DNA of 64,000 nt from a virus (Duplodnaviria; Caudoviricetes): the IMG/VR virus record IMGVR_UViG_3300028888_000049; one strand, 5' to 3'. Shown in pieces: positions 50,713 through 61,197 of the stretch (positions are counted from its first letter, which is position 1; each line of letters begins with the position of its first letter). Under the pieces are notes generated by a model. It was given only the letters and a program-made list of their open reading frames with translations. It was not told where the DNA came from and did no database searches. The translations under genes and the position numbers were made by a program.

Positions 50713-51319
50713 AGTTAATGCAGTTGTATGTATTGGTCCAGATAATGTAATTGGTATTAAGAATAAGTTAATATGGAAATCTAAGAGAGATTTAGAATAT
50801 TTTAAGTTATTAACAATTGGTAATCCTTGTATATTTGGATCAACAACTTATTATGGTTTACCTAATAGACCTCTTAAAGAGAGATTAAATATTGTTATAG
50901 ATCATACACAAGAGAGTCCTATTAAAGCTAGTTTTGAATATGGAAGTATTCATACTAGCTGTAAAGGAATAAGTATAAGTGTGAATAAGCCAGAATTAGC
51001 ATTATTTGCTTCTTGTAATTTTGATGATGTTTTTGTTTGTGGTGGTTCTTCTATATATAAATATTTTTTCGATAATGATTTAATTGATACCTTTTATGTA
51101 AATTATATTACTTCTTCTGATATTGAAAAAACCATTAAAGAATCAAACTCAGAAGACTTAGTTAGATTTAGAATAAATAAAGAAGATCTTATTCATAAAG
51201 GATATGTAGAACAATTAGATTATAATAAAATGGTACAAGAAGAATGGGTATTACCAGAAGATAATGATAAAAATCAAATCATTCAATTCTCAAAATGGGA
51301 TAAAATTAAACAAGCATAA
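50705..51319 (+). CDS. folA: Dihydrofolate reductase
   Basis: VIGIKNKLIW..KRDLEYFK..T.G...G.TTY..LP.RPL..RLNIV...VCGG..IY. Confidence 0.92.
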   Translation: MTRVNAVVCIGPDNVIGIKNKLIWKSKRDLEYFKLLTIGNPCIFGSTTYYGLPNRPLKERLNIVIDHTQESPIKASFEYGSIHTSCKGISISVNKPELALFASCNFDDVFVCGGSSIYKYFFDNDLIDTFYVNYITSSDIEKTIKESNSEDLVRFRINKEDLIHKGYVEQLDYNKMVQEEWVLPEDNDKNQIIQFSKWDKIKQA

Positions 51320-51330
51320 GTTCTAATAAC

Positions 51331-51413
51331 AGTCAGTGTGCTATTTTATAATTTTTCCGAGACACTGATAAGAGCGTTCCAAGGTTTTCCTCCTTCTCCT
51401 GGGCGCTCTTTCT
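51331..51413 (+). ncRNA. Candidate small RNA (two hairpins, CCUCCU-containing)
   Basis: Promoter motif 51320-51325; hairpin TCAGTGT/ACACTGA; hairpin AAGAGCGTTC/GGGCGCTCTT enclosing TTTTCCTCCTTCTCCT. Confidence 0.45.
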
Positions 51414-51426
51414 ATATAAATGATTT

Positions 51427-51768
51427 CTATTGTCCTGTTTTTAAGCTGAATGTTGGTGTTTTTGTTTCGTTTATTGCACCAGTATTATTTATCCATATTT
51501 CAGTTTCTGGATTGTCTGTTATAAATCCTATGAAATTAGTAAGTCCAGTCATTGGATTTACTGTATCTTTCATCATCCAATCTTCTGTAATACAAATTAA
51601 TTCTTTAAAAGATGGTATTATAACTTCTTTTTTACCATTTATGTTATTATAATGAATTACATTAGTACCGAATAATTGAATATTACCATTTACTGGTTGA
51701 AAAATTACAACGCCTAAATGTTTAGGATTGGTCATATAAACAATATTAGGTTTTAAACAATATCCCAT
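51427..51768 (-). CDS. Hypothetical protein
   Basis: 113 aa with promoter motif at 51798 and AAGGA RBS. Confidence 0.6.
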   Translation of the reverse strand: MGYCLKPNIVYMTNPKHLGVVIFQPVNGNIQLFGTNVIHYNNINGKKEVIIPSFKELICITEDWMMKDTVNPMTGLTNFIGFITDNPETEIWINNTGAINETKTPTFSLKTGQ

Positions 51769-51797
51769 TTTGAAATTTTCCTTAGCTATTTTATATA

Positions 51798-51815
51798 TAG
51801 AACAATAAAGTTCTA
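51798..51815. promoter_or_regulatory. Back-to-back GTTCTA phage promoters (representative of ~18 exact copies)
   Basis: TAGAAC 51798-51803 and GTTCTA 51810-51815 point at divergent genes. Confidence 0.7.
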
Positions 51816-51821
51816 AACTAT

Positions 51822-52277
51822 ATGACTGATATGATATTTCAACACAATAGTTTAAGACTATCTAAGATGTTTGGACCATGTTTTCCTCCACAACCAATTC
51901 CTGGGAAAGGTCCACATACACTATATTTGGTGAATGTATCAACAGCGTTTGAAAAGGATCCAAAACAACCACGAATTTTTGCTGGTTTACCAAGTGCTCT
52001 GGATTATTTAAAGGAAAATACAATAAGTCCAGATAGATGTCTCGGACAGATTATTACTTATGCTGAATTAACAAACAAAAACTGGGTAATATATAACTAT
52101 GTGGGTGAAACATTAGATGATGACGATTATAGCAATCCTGATAATTGGTGTTTACTTCACGAGTCTCTTGGCAATCCTTATACAGATATTCAAGAAGTAA
52201 TTACTGATACTGAAAAAGGATATATTGAAACAATAGATGCAGATACAGCAATACGAGAAGTTATAAAAAGAAAATAG
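51822..52277 (+). CDS. Hypothetical virion-associated protein, possibly leaderless
   Basis: ATG lies 6 nt after GTTCTA; first gene of the fibre cluster. Confidence 0.6.
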   Translation: MTDMIFQHNSLRLSKMFGPCFPPQPIPGKGPHTLYLVNVSTAFEKDPKQPRIFAGLPSALDYLKENTISPDRCLGQIITYAELTNKNWVIYNYVGETLDDDDYSNPDNWCLLHESLGNPYTDIQEVITDTEKGYIETIDADTAIREVIKRK

Positions 52278-52286
52278 GATAATATA

Positions 52287-54077
52287 ATGGTAGAAGTAAC
52301 TGAAAATAGAATTGTACACAAAGTAATTCATGATGTATCTTTTTATGATGAAAAAGGACATTATTATAGTACTGTTATACCATTAAATACTCAAGTATAT
52401 GCTATGTATCCAAATCAAGGTGAAAAAACAGATCTTTGGTATGTATATGGAGATGGTATTCACACATATGCTGAAATTAGAGCCGGTAAAGGAAATAGAA
52501 ATCAATCAAAAGAATATCCTGTTTTTACAAAAGAATTTATAAATGCAATAAATGCTAAAGCCGAACAAACATATGTAGATGCAGAATTAATTAAAAAACA
52601 AATTATAAATAATATTGTTACAGAAATTACGGAAGAAAATAAAAATAGTGAAGAAAAATATACTTCCGTTAAATCTATTACTGAATACGTAGATCAAGCA
52701 AGTAATCAATTAACTACTCTTATAAATACTTTAAATCATGATCTTTCAGGTTTAATTAGTAATTTAAATATTGTTAAAGCAGATAAAAATACAGTCTATA
52801 CAAGAACTGAAATTGATAATATGATGTTCTCTGTTTACAAACCAAAAGGATCTGTACGTAATAAAGAAGCACTACCAACAACTGGTAATAGAGTTGGTGA
52901 TGTTTATAATGTTATTTCAGATTCTATGAATTATGTTTGGACTATAGACAATGAATGGGATGCCTTAGGACCAATTATTGATTTATCACCTTACTGTTTA
53001 AAAACAGAATTAACAACTGAAATTAACAGAGCACAAGATAAAGAAAATGAATTATTAACATCTATAAATAGGAATACATCTCTTATTTCTCAATTAGATA
53101 CAAAAGTAGATAATAATCAATCTTTAACAGACAATAATCTATCAGTATTAAATAGTAAATGTAATGAATTAAATGATAAAAAAGTAGATACTACGACTAT
53201 GAATACTGTTGTAGCTGAAACAAGTATTGAAACATTAAATAATGCAAACGCTTATACTGATACTAAATTAGAAGATTATACTAATACTGAAGATATGAAT
53301 GCTACTATTTCTGGTACAAAATCACAAATAATAGCTCAAATACCAACAAATGTTTCTCAATTAAATAATGATAGTCAATATACAACTACAGCTCAATTAC
53401 AAGAACAAGTTGCATCATTAACACAACAAATCAAAGACTTAAAATTACTTATTCCAACAGAACCTAATACACCTAAAGAATTTGTAAATACAATGAAAAA
53501 GAGCGGAAAAGTACAAATCATTCAAGATACAGATCTTTCTAATCAAACTGCTTCTTATCAAAATATTGTAACAAACGTTATTGCTAATAATAATACTACT
53601 TTAAATTTAAATAATCATACTCTTACATTTGGTAATAGAACATGTGGTATATTAGCAAGAGGTTCATCACATTATACAATAACTGGTGAAGGTACAATAA
53701 CAGAAACAGGTATTGGTCCAATTTTATGGAGTGCTTCAGAATCTGTAGTATTTGATGTATATAATGGTAATTTTGTTTCTCCGTCTTCTGAAAACGAATG
53801 TATTTATTGCGAAAAAGGTACAATAAATATTTATGGTGGTACTTTCAAAATGACAGGTAATGATGGACATCCTGTAACGACATATTTGTTAAATTGTAAA
53901 GATGTTAACTATAAAAATGGAACAGCTAAAATAAATGTATACGGTGGATCATTTTATGACTTTAATCCAGCTGATAATACAAGTGAAGGAGAACATACAA
54001 ACTTCGTAGCAGAAGGATATACTGTAACTTCTATTGAAGAAGAAGGACATACAATATATACAGTTGTTAAAGCTTAA
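52287..54077 (+). CDS. Tail/whisker fibre protein
   Basis: N-terminal YVYGDG module shared with 54185; KGSV...LPTTGNRVGDVYNV...WDALG; coiled coil; beta-helix-like C-terminus. Confidence 0.65.
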   Translation: MVEVTENRIVHKVIHDVSFYDEKGHYYSTVIPLNTQVYAMYPNQGEKTDLWYVYGDGIHTYAEIRAGKGNRNQSKEYPVFTKEFINAINAKAEQTYVDAELIKKQIINNIVTEITEENKNSEEKYTSVKSITEYVDQASNQLTTLINTLNHDLSGLISNLNIVKADKNTVYTRTEIDNMMFSVYKPKGSVRNKEALPTTGNRVGDVYNVISDSMNYVWTIDNEWDALGPIIDLSPYCLKTELTTEINRAQDKENELLTSINRNTSLISQLDTKVDNNQSLTDNNLSVLNSKCNELNDKKVDTTTMNTVVAETSIETLNNANAYTDTKLEDYTNTEDMNATISGTKSQIIAQIPTNVSQLNNDSQYTTTAQLQEQVASLTQQIKDLKLLIPTEPNTPKEFVNTMKKSGKVQIIQDTDLSNQTASYQNIVTNVIANNNTTLNLNNHTLTFGNRTCGILARGSSHYTITGEGTITETGIGPILWSASESVVFDVYNGNFVSPSSENECIYCEKGTINIYGGTFKMTGNDGHPVTTYLLNCKDVNYKNGTAKINVYGGSFYDFNPADNTSEGEHTNFVAEGYTVTSIEEEGHTIYTVVKA

Positions 54078-54184
54078 TTGCTAAAATTTTGGTTAATTCA
54101 TAATTTAGCATTTATATACTAGTTTTTAATAATAAAGTTCTAAATAACTAAGGTAATAAAAATTATATATCATTGAGTACTTAA

Positions 54185-55348
54185 ATGGCATCAATTCAAA
54201 ATAAAGTAATACATAGATTTATAAGACCTATTGAAGATTATCAAGTAGGCGGAAGCTATTTTACTCAAGTTATTCCTGTTGATACACAGGCATATGCTTA
54301 CTACCCAGAAGATTCTGAACAAGCTGGTTTATGGTACGTATTTGGTGATGGTAATCATACGTATTTGGAAATAAAAGAAGGTAAAGGAGATCTTGAAAGT
54401 GCTAAAGAATATCCTGTACTTACTTCTGATATTATAACCATTATTAATAATAAAGCCGATAAAGAAAATACATATACTAAAGAAGAAGTAGACAAATTAT
54501 TAGAAGATCTTTCTACTTTCCATATTGAAATTGTTACAGAACTTCCTACTATCGGTGAAGAAAATGTATTATATTTAGTACCTAATCAAGATCATAAAGA
54601 GGAAGAAGATAACTGGTATTATGAATATTTATGGGCTAATAATAAATGGGAACTTATAGGTAATACTAAAGGTGGTGGAAGTGTTGACCCAGAAGATCTT
54701 AAAGCTGAAAAAATAGAATATATTTATGGATCAATAAAGAATGTAAAAGAAGCTTTAGATCTTTTAATGTCTTATGAACCAACTATAGTTCCAGGTGAAG
54801 ATGAAGTAGAAGAAATAGGAAGTGTATTAAAAGATGTAACACTTTCATGGGAAATTAATAAACCATTACAATCAATAACTATTCAACCAGGCGATATTCA
54901 GGTAGATCCAACAGCAAAATCATATACAATAAAAGATGCTAATTTAGACGAAACAACAACATATACTATCTACTTTAACGATGGTAAAAATACATACACA
55001 ACAGAACAAACATTTACATTTGCTTCTAAACTCTACAATGGTACATCAGCAAAACAAAATCCAGATAATCAAGAAATATTAGACTTTGATCAAGCATTTG
55101 ATGTAAATGAAGAAACAAAAATTTATAACTTTAACTGTGACGGCGGAAAATACTTCTTCCTTTGCATACCTTCTGAAAAAGCTAACTCTGTAACATTTAA
55201 AATTAACGGTTTTGTATTTACAGATTTAACAGAAACTAGAATGGAATTAACAAACGCCTCTGGTTATACAAAACAATATAGCATCTTTAGATGTAATAAC
55301 TTACAACATGGATCAGATATACCAGTGGAGATTATCTATAATGAGTAA
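54185..55348 (+). CDS. Fibre-like virion protein, N-terminal paralog of 52287
   Basis: VIP..TQ.YA.YP...LWYV.GDG.HTY.EI..GKG...KEYPV; IVTELPTIGEENVLYLV...YEYLWANNKWE module. Confidence 0.6.
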   Translation: MASIQNKVIHRFIRPIEDYQVGGSYFTQVIPVDTQAYAYYPEDSEQAGLWYVFGDGNHTYLEIKEGKGDLESAKEYPVLTSDIITIINNKADKENTYTKEEVDKLLEDLSTFHIEIVTELPTIGEENVLYLVPNQDHKEEEDNWYYEYLWANNKWELIGNTKGGGSVDPEDLKAEKIEYIYGSIKNVKEALDLLMSYEPTIVPGEDEVEEIGSVLKDVTLSWEINKPLQSITIQPGDIQVDPTAKSYTIKDANLDETTTYTIYFNDGKNTYTTEQTFTFASKLYNGTSAKQNPDNQEILDFDQAFDVNEETKIYNFNCDGGKYFFLCIPSEKANSVTFKINGFVFTDLTETRMELTNASGYTKQYSIFRCNNLQHGSDIPVEIIYNE

Positions 55349-55790
55349 AATACCAGGAACAAATATCGCTGCAACAATAGTTCCATTTGACTCCCAAGAT
55401 ACATATGCTACTCATGATAGTACATATGGTAAAGGCGGATGGAAACAAGTTACAGATTTAGTAGAAAGAAATGCTATACCTCAAGAAAGAAGAAGCGTTG
55501 GTATGGCTGTATATGTTGAAGAAACAGATACTATCTATCTATTAAAAAATGGTACATCAAACAACAACTGGAAAGCTATCAATACAGGATCTAGCTCTTC
55601 TACCTATGTACACGATCAAGGTATCGCTGCTAACGTATGGCTAATAAACCACGACATGGGTAAAAAACCTAGCATAACTATTGTAAACTCTGCAGAATCA
55701 GTTGTAGAAGGAGATGTACAATATATAGACGAAAACAGAGCTCTAGTGTCTTTTAAAAACGCTTTTAAAGGCAAAGCTTACTGTAACTAA
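55341..55790 (+). CDS. Virion accessory/fibre protein
   Basis: Start at MSKIPG after GGAG; ERNAIPQERRSVGMAVYV; YVHDQ...WLINHDMGKKPS. Confidence 0.6.
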   Translation: MSKIPGTNIAATIVPFDSQDTYATHDSTYGKGGWKQVTDLVERNAIPQERRSVGMAVYVEETDTIYLLKNGTSNNNWKAINTGSSSSTYVHDQGIAANVWLINHDMGKKPSITIVNSAESVVEGDVQYIDENRALVSFKNAFKGKAYCN

Positions 55791-55834
55791 TTTTTATAAA
55801 TTATATATAATTAACTTCAATTGGAGAATTATTA

Positions 55835-57436
55835 ATGGCTAAGAAAAACTTTTTAGTGGACATTGACCTGAATGGTAATGAGTTACAGAATGTAGTCATG
55901 CAAAATCTTGCAGCTCATCCTGCCAACCCGAAAGCAGGCATGCACTACTATAATACTACAGATAACACAGAGTACTTCTGGAATGGTACAGAATGGGTTA
56001 ATGCTGCTGGTGACTATACATTCCAAAATGGTCTTGAGCAAGTAGCAGGATCTCGTGACGTACAAATTAAAGTTGCTTCTGGTGCTAATGCTGGTAATAT
56101 CACTGTAACCGCTGATACTAACGGTTTGAAAGCTGAAGTTGCTGAAGGTACAAATACTGTTAAAGGTATTGTTCGTTTTGCTACTGATGCTGAAGCTACT
56201 GCTGGTGCTGCAGAAGAAGTTTCTGTTAATCCAAAACAATTAAAAGCTGCTGTAGACGCTGTTGAAGATGAAGCAGTAGTTGATGTAGTTTTGAAATCTG
56301 GTACTACAGATACTTTAACAGTTACTAAAGGCGATGAAACAACATCTGATATTAAAATTGCTAAAGTTGATGAAGCTACAAAAGCTACTAACGATGAAGA
56401 TGATAATAACATCAAAGCTACTTACGCTACAAAAGATGAAGTAAAAGATGATATTACATTACAAGATTTGTCAATCGCTGCAGGTTCTACTAACTACTTA
56501 GAATATGACAACACAAACGGTCAGTTTGGTGCTAAAGTTTCTACTTCTGTTGAAGCTTCTACAAACTTAGTTACTGCCGGTGCTGTTAAAACTTATGTTG
56601 ACGGCAAAATTGCTGGTGGTATTCACTATCGTGGTACTTGGGATATTACATCTGCTACAGACTATAGTGATATTCCGCTGCCTGCTGACAAAGGTGATAT
56701 GTACTATGTTACTGGTACAGGTCCAAAGACAATCGATGGTGTTGAGTGGAATGCTGGCGACTATCTTTTAATTAACGATGATGTTGCTGCTGGTGGTTCA
56801 TTAACTGGTAAAGTTGAGAAGATTGATAACACTGAAGCTGCTGATATTGTTAGACTTGATGTTGCTCAAACATTGACCAATAAGACAATTGATGCTGATA
56901 ACAACACAATTTCTAACTTAGAAGCTGATAACTTCAAAGCTGGTGTTATTCAGACATCTGTTCGTGCTGAAGGTACTGCTACAGATACTAACTTAGTTAG
57001 TGAAGCAGCTGTTCGTGCAGAATTAGATACAAAACAAGATAAAGTTACAGCAGCTGTTGAAAATAACATTGCTACTTGGGATGCAGCTGGAAATACGAAA
57101 GATAGTGGTAAAGCTTTTGTTACTACTGTTCGTGCTTCTGCAAGTGCTTCTGATGATGCAATTGCTACAGAAAAAGCTGTTGCTACGTTTGTTGAAGGTG
57201 CTGTATCTAATACGACATTTACAACGACAACTCCGGCTGGTACTGCAGTAGCTGGTGTAGTTACATTCAACATTGCTCATACATTAGGTTTCCCTGTCGA
57301 TGTTACTATTATTGAAACAGCTACAGGTGCTGTTGTTGAAATGCAAGTAGTTTTGACCAACAACAACGTCGCATTGTCTATGAATTCAACCACAGACGTT
57401 GCTGCTGGAGCATACACCGTCTTGATTAAAAAATAG
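55835..57436 (+). CDS. Fibre/decoration protein
   Basis: FLVDIDLNGNELQN N-terminus, KGIVRFAT, YRGTWD..KGDMYYV, QTLTNKTIDADNNTISN; A/T/V-rich. Confidence 0.65.
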   Translation: MAKKNFLVDIDLNGNELQNVVMQNLAAHPANPKAGMHYYNTTDNTEYFWNGTEWVNAAGDYTFQNGLEQVAGSRDVQIKVASGANAGNITVTADTNGLKAEVAEGTNTVKGIVRFATDAEATAGAAEEVSVNPKQLKAAVDAVEDEAVVDVVLKSGTTDTLTVTKGDETTSDIKIAKVDEATKATNDEDDNNIKATYATKDEVKDDITLQDLSIAAGSTNYLEYDNTNGQFGAKVSTSVEASTNLVTAGAVKTYVDGKIAGGIHYRGTWDITSATDYSDIPLPADKGDMYYVTGTGPKTIDGVEWNAGDYLLINDDVAAGGSLTGKVEKIDNTEAADIVRLDVAQTLTNKTIDADNNTISNLEADNFKAGVIQTSVRAEGTATDTNLVSEAAVRAELDTKQDKVTAAVENNIATWDAAGNTKDSGKAFVTTVRASASASDDAIATEKAVATFVEGAVSNTTFTTTTPAGTAVAGVVTFNIAHTLGFPVDVTIIETATGAVVEMQVVLTNNNVALSMNSTTDVAAGAYTVLIKK

Positions 57437-57460
57437 TCTTTAATTAAGATAATATTTTAG

Positions 57461-57490
57461 AAAGAGAGCCTGAAATATGGCTCTCTTTTT
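57461..57490 (+). terminator. Intrinsic terminator
   Basis: AAAGAGAGCC-TGAAATAT-GGCTCTCTTT followed by further Ts. Confidence 0.85.
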
Positions 57491-57582
57491 ATTTTCCTAT
57501 TAATATTTTTGTCTTACGTTGATTAAAAATGTAGTTCTATAATAATGTATTAAAGAAAAATCCCTTTTTTATATAAACTAAT

Positions 57583-57622
57583 AATAAAGAGTTAGATAGT
57601 AAATATTTAGCTCTTTATTTTT
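57583..57622 (+). terminator. Terminator-like hairpin upstream of the endonuclease
   Basis: AATAAAGAGTTAGATA-GTAAA-TATTTAGCTCTTTATT followed by Ts. Confidence 0.55.
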
Positions 57623-57727
57623 CTGTTACTACTAAAATTTTTACAAATTAGAAATATAAAATGTATTCTATATAATATTAACTTAATAATAACTATAACT
57701 TATACTTAAAATCATAAATATAATAAG

Positions 57728-59098
57728 ATGAAAAAGATTGATATAGAAGAACTTAAAGCAAAAATTTCTAAAGAAGAATTATATGATTTGTACATAACTC
57801 AAAACAAATCTCAAAAAGATATACAAAAATTATATAATTTATCAGATAGAGAATTTTATAGCTTAAAAGAATTTTATAAAATTACAAAACGTTTAAAATC
57901 ACATGAAATAGATAATATTTTAACGAAAGATGTTTTACAAAAAGAATATTTAAAAAATAAATTATCTGCTAAAGCAATAGGGAAAAAATATAAAATAGAT
58001 GAAGAAACAGTATTAAATAGACTTAATAAATATAATATAGAAAAATCAAATATAACTATAAAAAAGAAACATGAAGTAATAAAAAGTATTCTATATGATC
58101 AATATATAATACAAAATAAATCTATTGATCTTATTTCTAAAGAAAATAAAGTTAGTGAAAAATATATAAGTAAATGTTTAAGTGAATTAAAAATATTCAA
58201 ATCAAAAGATAAGATAAAAGAATCACAGAAGCATACACTTAATTCGAATTACACTAAACAAGAATTGAAAAAACTTTATAAAAAAAGAGCTATACATCAA
58301 ACAATTGATTTAGAAAATAGATATACAGAAGCATTAAATAATATAACAAAAGAAAATTTTTATAAATATTACATTGAAGAAAATCATACGAAAAAAGAAG
58401 TATTAGAACATTATAATATTTCAAATAAAATATTTAAGAAATTATATATATATTTTAATATAAATAAATATGAATATTTAAAAAATAAAGCTCCTTCTAA
58501 AGAAGAATTATATCAATTATATTTAGTTGAAAAGAAATCAATAAAGCAAATCGCTATTGAATCAAAATGTTCACGTACTGTTATAAATAGATTAATAATA
58601 AAATATAACTTAAACATAGATCAAAAAGAAAAATTTAAAAGAAGCTTTAAAAAAAGAAAAATTAATGGTACAGTAAATACATCTAAAGCAGAAGATCAAA
58701 TAGCATTTCTTTTAGAATCTAAATTTTGTAATGTAAAACGTCAATATAAATCTGATTTATATCCTTTTGCTTGTGATTTTTATATTCCTGAAATAGACAC
58801 ATATATAGAATATCAGGGTGATTGGAGTCATGGTAAAGATGGTAGAAAAATATTAGGTCCATATAATTCAAATAATAAAGAACATCAAAAAGTAATAGAA
58901 AAATGGAAAGAAAAAGAAGATAGAGGTCATCCGCGTTATAAAGGAGCAATAGATGTTTGGACTATTCGTGATCCTTTAAAAAGAGAGACTGCTAGAAAAA
59001 ATAATCTTAACTGGTTAGAATTTTTCACAATAAATGAGTTTTTAAGCTGGTACAGAGATCAAACAGGTGTTTTGTTATTAACTTATAATCCATTGTGA
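57728..59098 (+). CDS. Free-standing Vsr/PD-(D/E)xK-like putative homing endonuclease with HTH-like repeats
   Basis: TSKAED..VKRQY...CDFYIP..YIEYQG.WSHG...RDPLKRETARKNNLNW; five KEELY..Y...N.S-type repeats. Confidence 0.75.
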   Translation: MKKIDIEELKAKISKEELYDLYITQNKSQKDIQKLYNLSDREFYSLKEFYKITKRLKSHEIDNILTKDVLQKEYLKNKLSAKAIGKKYKIDEETVLNRLNKYNIEKSNITIKKKHEVIKSILYDQYIIQNKSIDLISKENKVSEKYISKCLSELKIFKSKDKIKESQKHTLNSNYTKQELKKLYKKRAIHQTIDLENRYTEALNNITKENFYKYYIEENHTKKEVLEHYNISNKIFKKLYIYFNINKYEYLKNKAPSKEELYQLYLVEKKSIKQIAIESKCSRTVINRLIIKYNLNIDQKEKFKRSFKKRKINGTVNTSKAEDQIAFLLESKFCNVKRQYKSDLYPFACDFYIPEIDTYIEYQGDWSHGKDGRKILGPYNSNNKEHQKVIEKWKEKEDRGHPRYKGAIDVWTIRDPLKRETARKNNLNWLEFFTINEFLSWYRDQTGVLLLTYNPL

Positions 59099-59138
59099 TT
59101 TTGTTGATTCTGGGCCAATTATGGAGCTTTTAAGATAT

Positions 59139-59167
59139 AAAAAGAGGGACTATATTTCAAATCCCTC
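59139..59167 (-). terminator. Intrinsic terminator
   Basis: GAGGGA/TCCCTC stem with a T-tract on the minus strand. Confidence 0.6.
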
Positions 59168-59196
59168 AATTTCGTTTATAATGTCAACTGTTTTTA

Positions 59197-61197
59197 TTAG
59201 CCGACTATTGAAACTTTATACGTATTTGCTGCAATATTAGCTGAAGTATTAAATTTAACCGTAATCGTAGCAGCTGTAACTGTAATATCAGCCCATACAA
59301 CACTATTAGTACTAATCTCTTTAATCTGTACTAAAGCATCTGCATTTCCTGTGGAGTTGGTAATTGACCAAGTAGCAACTCCTGATGAAGCTGTTAATGC
59401 TCCATTCTGAGCTGTTACTAACTTAGTTAATCCAGAAATAGCACTTGCAACAGCAGTACCGTTAACAGCAGTAGTACCAGTAGCACTATATGTAGAAGTT
59501 GTAGCATTACAAGTCTGTACTTGTCCATTAGCATCTATATATACACCTTGGTTAGCTCCACCAGTAGCAGCAGTAGTAGACTTACGACGTACAAGATTGG
59601 TGTATGCACCTCCTGAAGTAAGAGCAGCCGCCGATCCTGATGTAACTGAAGAAGTCGTTGTTGGAATCGAAAGTGTATCTAATGCAGCTTTAACACCTTT
59701 TCCTGATATAGCGTCTGTACTTGTTGCGCTATAAGTATTTACAACTGTTGGAATAACTGTAGTACTTGGAAGAGCGCCTACATCTGAAGCAGAGAGTGTA
59801 ATATCAGCAGAGAGTGCTTTATTATTTACTTTACGTGATGTAGGAACATAAGAACCAGAAGCTTGTTTACTATCGATTTGTTTTTCAAGTTTTGCGATAG
59901 CTATGTTTAAGGTATCTGTAGCACCAACAGCAGCGTTTGTACCAGCAGTTTTATCATAACCTGTCATAGCATTAATTGTATTAGATGCTTGGTTATGTGC
60001 GGCTGGTGTAAATGAACTTGGTTTTCCTGTTACGTCACCCCATGCAACTCCTGTAATAAATCCAGAATCGTTAGTAAGATCTGAAGTTTTAGAAGGAATT
60101 GTAGTAGAAGCTGGTAAAGCTGAAACATCAGAAGCTGATAATGTAATATTACCAGTTAAAGCTTTTCCATTAATTTTTCTTGATGTTGGTACATAACCAG
60201 ACAGATCAACCGTTTGAGTTCCTAATTTTTCCCATTTATTTGATACGTAAATGTATTCATCATAAAGGTTTTGAGATTCAGAAGAACTGTTAGCTAATAA
60301 ATATACTGTTGTTGTACTAATATCAGTTGTAGGAAGAGCATTAACAACTTCAATAGCGAACTTAGGAATAGAAGAAACTTCTGCTTTAGTTGCATAAGTA
60401 GTTGTAATTACATGTCCTTCAGCATCCTGAGAAGCTTTAGTAGCATTAGCAACATTATCAATAGTAATTGTAGATGTAGAACCGTTCTTTGTTACTGAAA
60501 TTTTATTAGCTGTAGAACCTGCTGCTACTGCACTTACTGTATCTGCTGTCTTAGAATATGGTGTTAATGCAGATGAAGTAATATATCCATTAGGATTTGT
60601 TGAATTATATGGTGTATAACCCAAAGCAGTAGTAACATCAGAACTTGTAATACCAATAATAAAACCAGAGTCATTAGTCAGTTCAGATACTTTAGTAGGA
60701 ACATCTTCTACTTTAGCATAATCTTCAGCATCTGTTAATTCTGCGACAGTAGTAGGAACAGTAATATTGGCAGTGACATTAGTAGATGCGTTTGCTGTAA
60801 ATGTTTTAACTGTAGTACCGTTTTTCTGAATAGTGAGAGTAGCATTATTTACTGTCGGAATAACTGTAGATGAAGGCAAAGCTCCAACATCACTAGCTGT
60901 AAGTGTAATATCAGAAGATAAAGGTTTACTGTTAATAGTACGAGTATTCGGTACATAATCTGTAGGAACATCAGCACTAGTAATAAAACCAGAATCATTA
61001 GTTAAATCAGATGTCTTAGTAGGAATAGTAGGTTTATCTGTCAAATCGTTATAACTACCGGTAGTAGCAACTAACGCTATGGCAGATACTGAAACTTTAA
61101 GATCTAAGGCATCTTTTACAGCTTTTGAAGAAGGAATATAGTAATCTTGAGCTTCATCTAAGTTCGTTAAAAGATTAAAAAATTTAGATTTAACCAT
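59197..61197 (-). CDS. Fibre protein with phage tail repeats
   Basis: PTKTSDLTNDSGFI-type repeat x3 and YVP.SR.IN.K.L..DITL.ASDV.ALP x3. Confidence 0.7.
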   Translation of the reverse strand: MVKSKFFNLLTNLDEAQDYYIPSSKAVKDALDLKVSVSAIALVATTGSYNDLTDKPTIPTKTSDLTNDSGFITSADVPTDYVPNTRTINSKPLSSDITLTASDVGALPSSTVIPTVNNATLTIQKNGTTVKTFTANASTNVTANITVPTTVAELTDAEDYAKVEDVPTKVSELTNDSGFIIGITSSDVTTALGYTPYNSTNPNGYITSSALTPYSKTADTVSAVAAGSTANKISVTKNGSTSTITIDNVANATKASQDAEGHVITTTYATKAEVSSIPKFAIEVVNALPTTDISTTTVYLLANSSSESQNLYDEYIYVSNKWEKLGTQTVDLSGYVPTSRKINGKALTGNITLSASDVSALPASTTIPSKTSDLTNDSGFITGVAWGDVTGKPSSFTPAAHNQASNTINAMTGYDKTAGTNAAVGATDTLNIAIAKLEKQIDSKQASGSYVPTSRKVNNKALSADITLSASDVGALPSTTVIPTVVNTYSATSTDAISGKGVKAALDTLSIPTTTSSVTSGSAAALTSGGAYTNLVRRKSTTAATGGANQGVYIDANGQVQTCNATTSTYSATGTTAVNGTAVASAISGLTKLVTAQNGALTASSGVATWSITNSTGNADALVQIKEISTNSVVWADITVTAATITVKFNTSANIAANTYKVSIVG

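Noticed and set aside
51338-51652. 104-aa plus-strand ORF
   Set aside because: GTG start inside a hairpin without an RBS; antisense to the better-supported 51427..51768.
57530-57582. preQ1-I riboswitch (GTTC...CCC...AAACTAA)
   Set aside because: No P1 stem and the spacing is far too long; GTTCTA here is the promoter motif.
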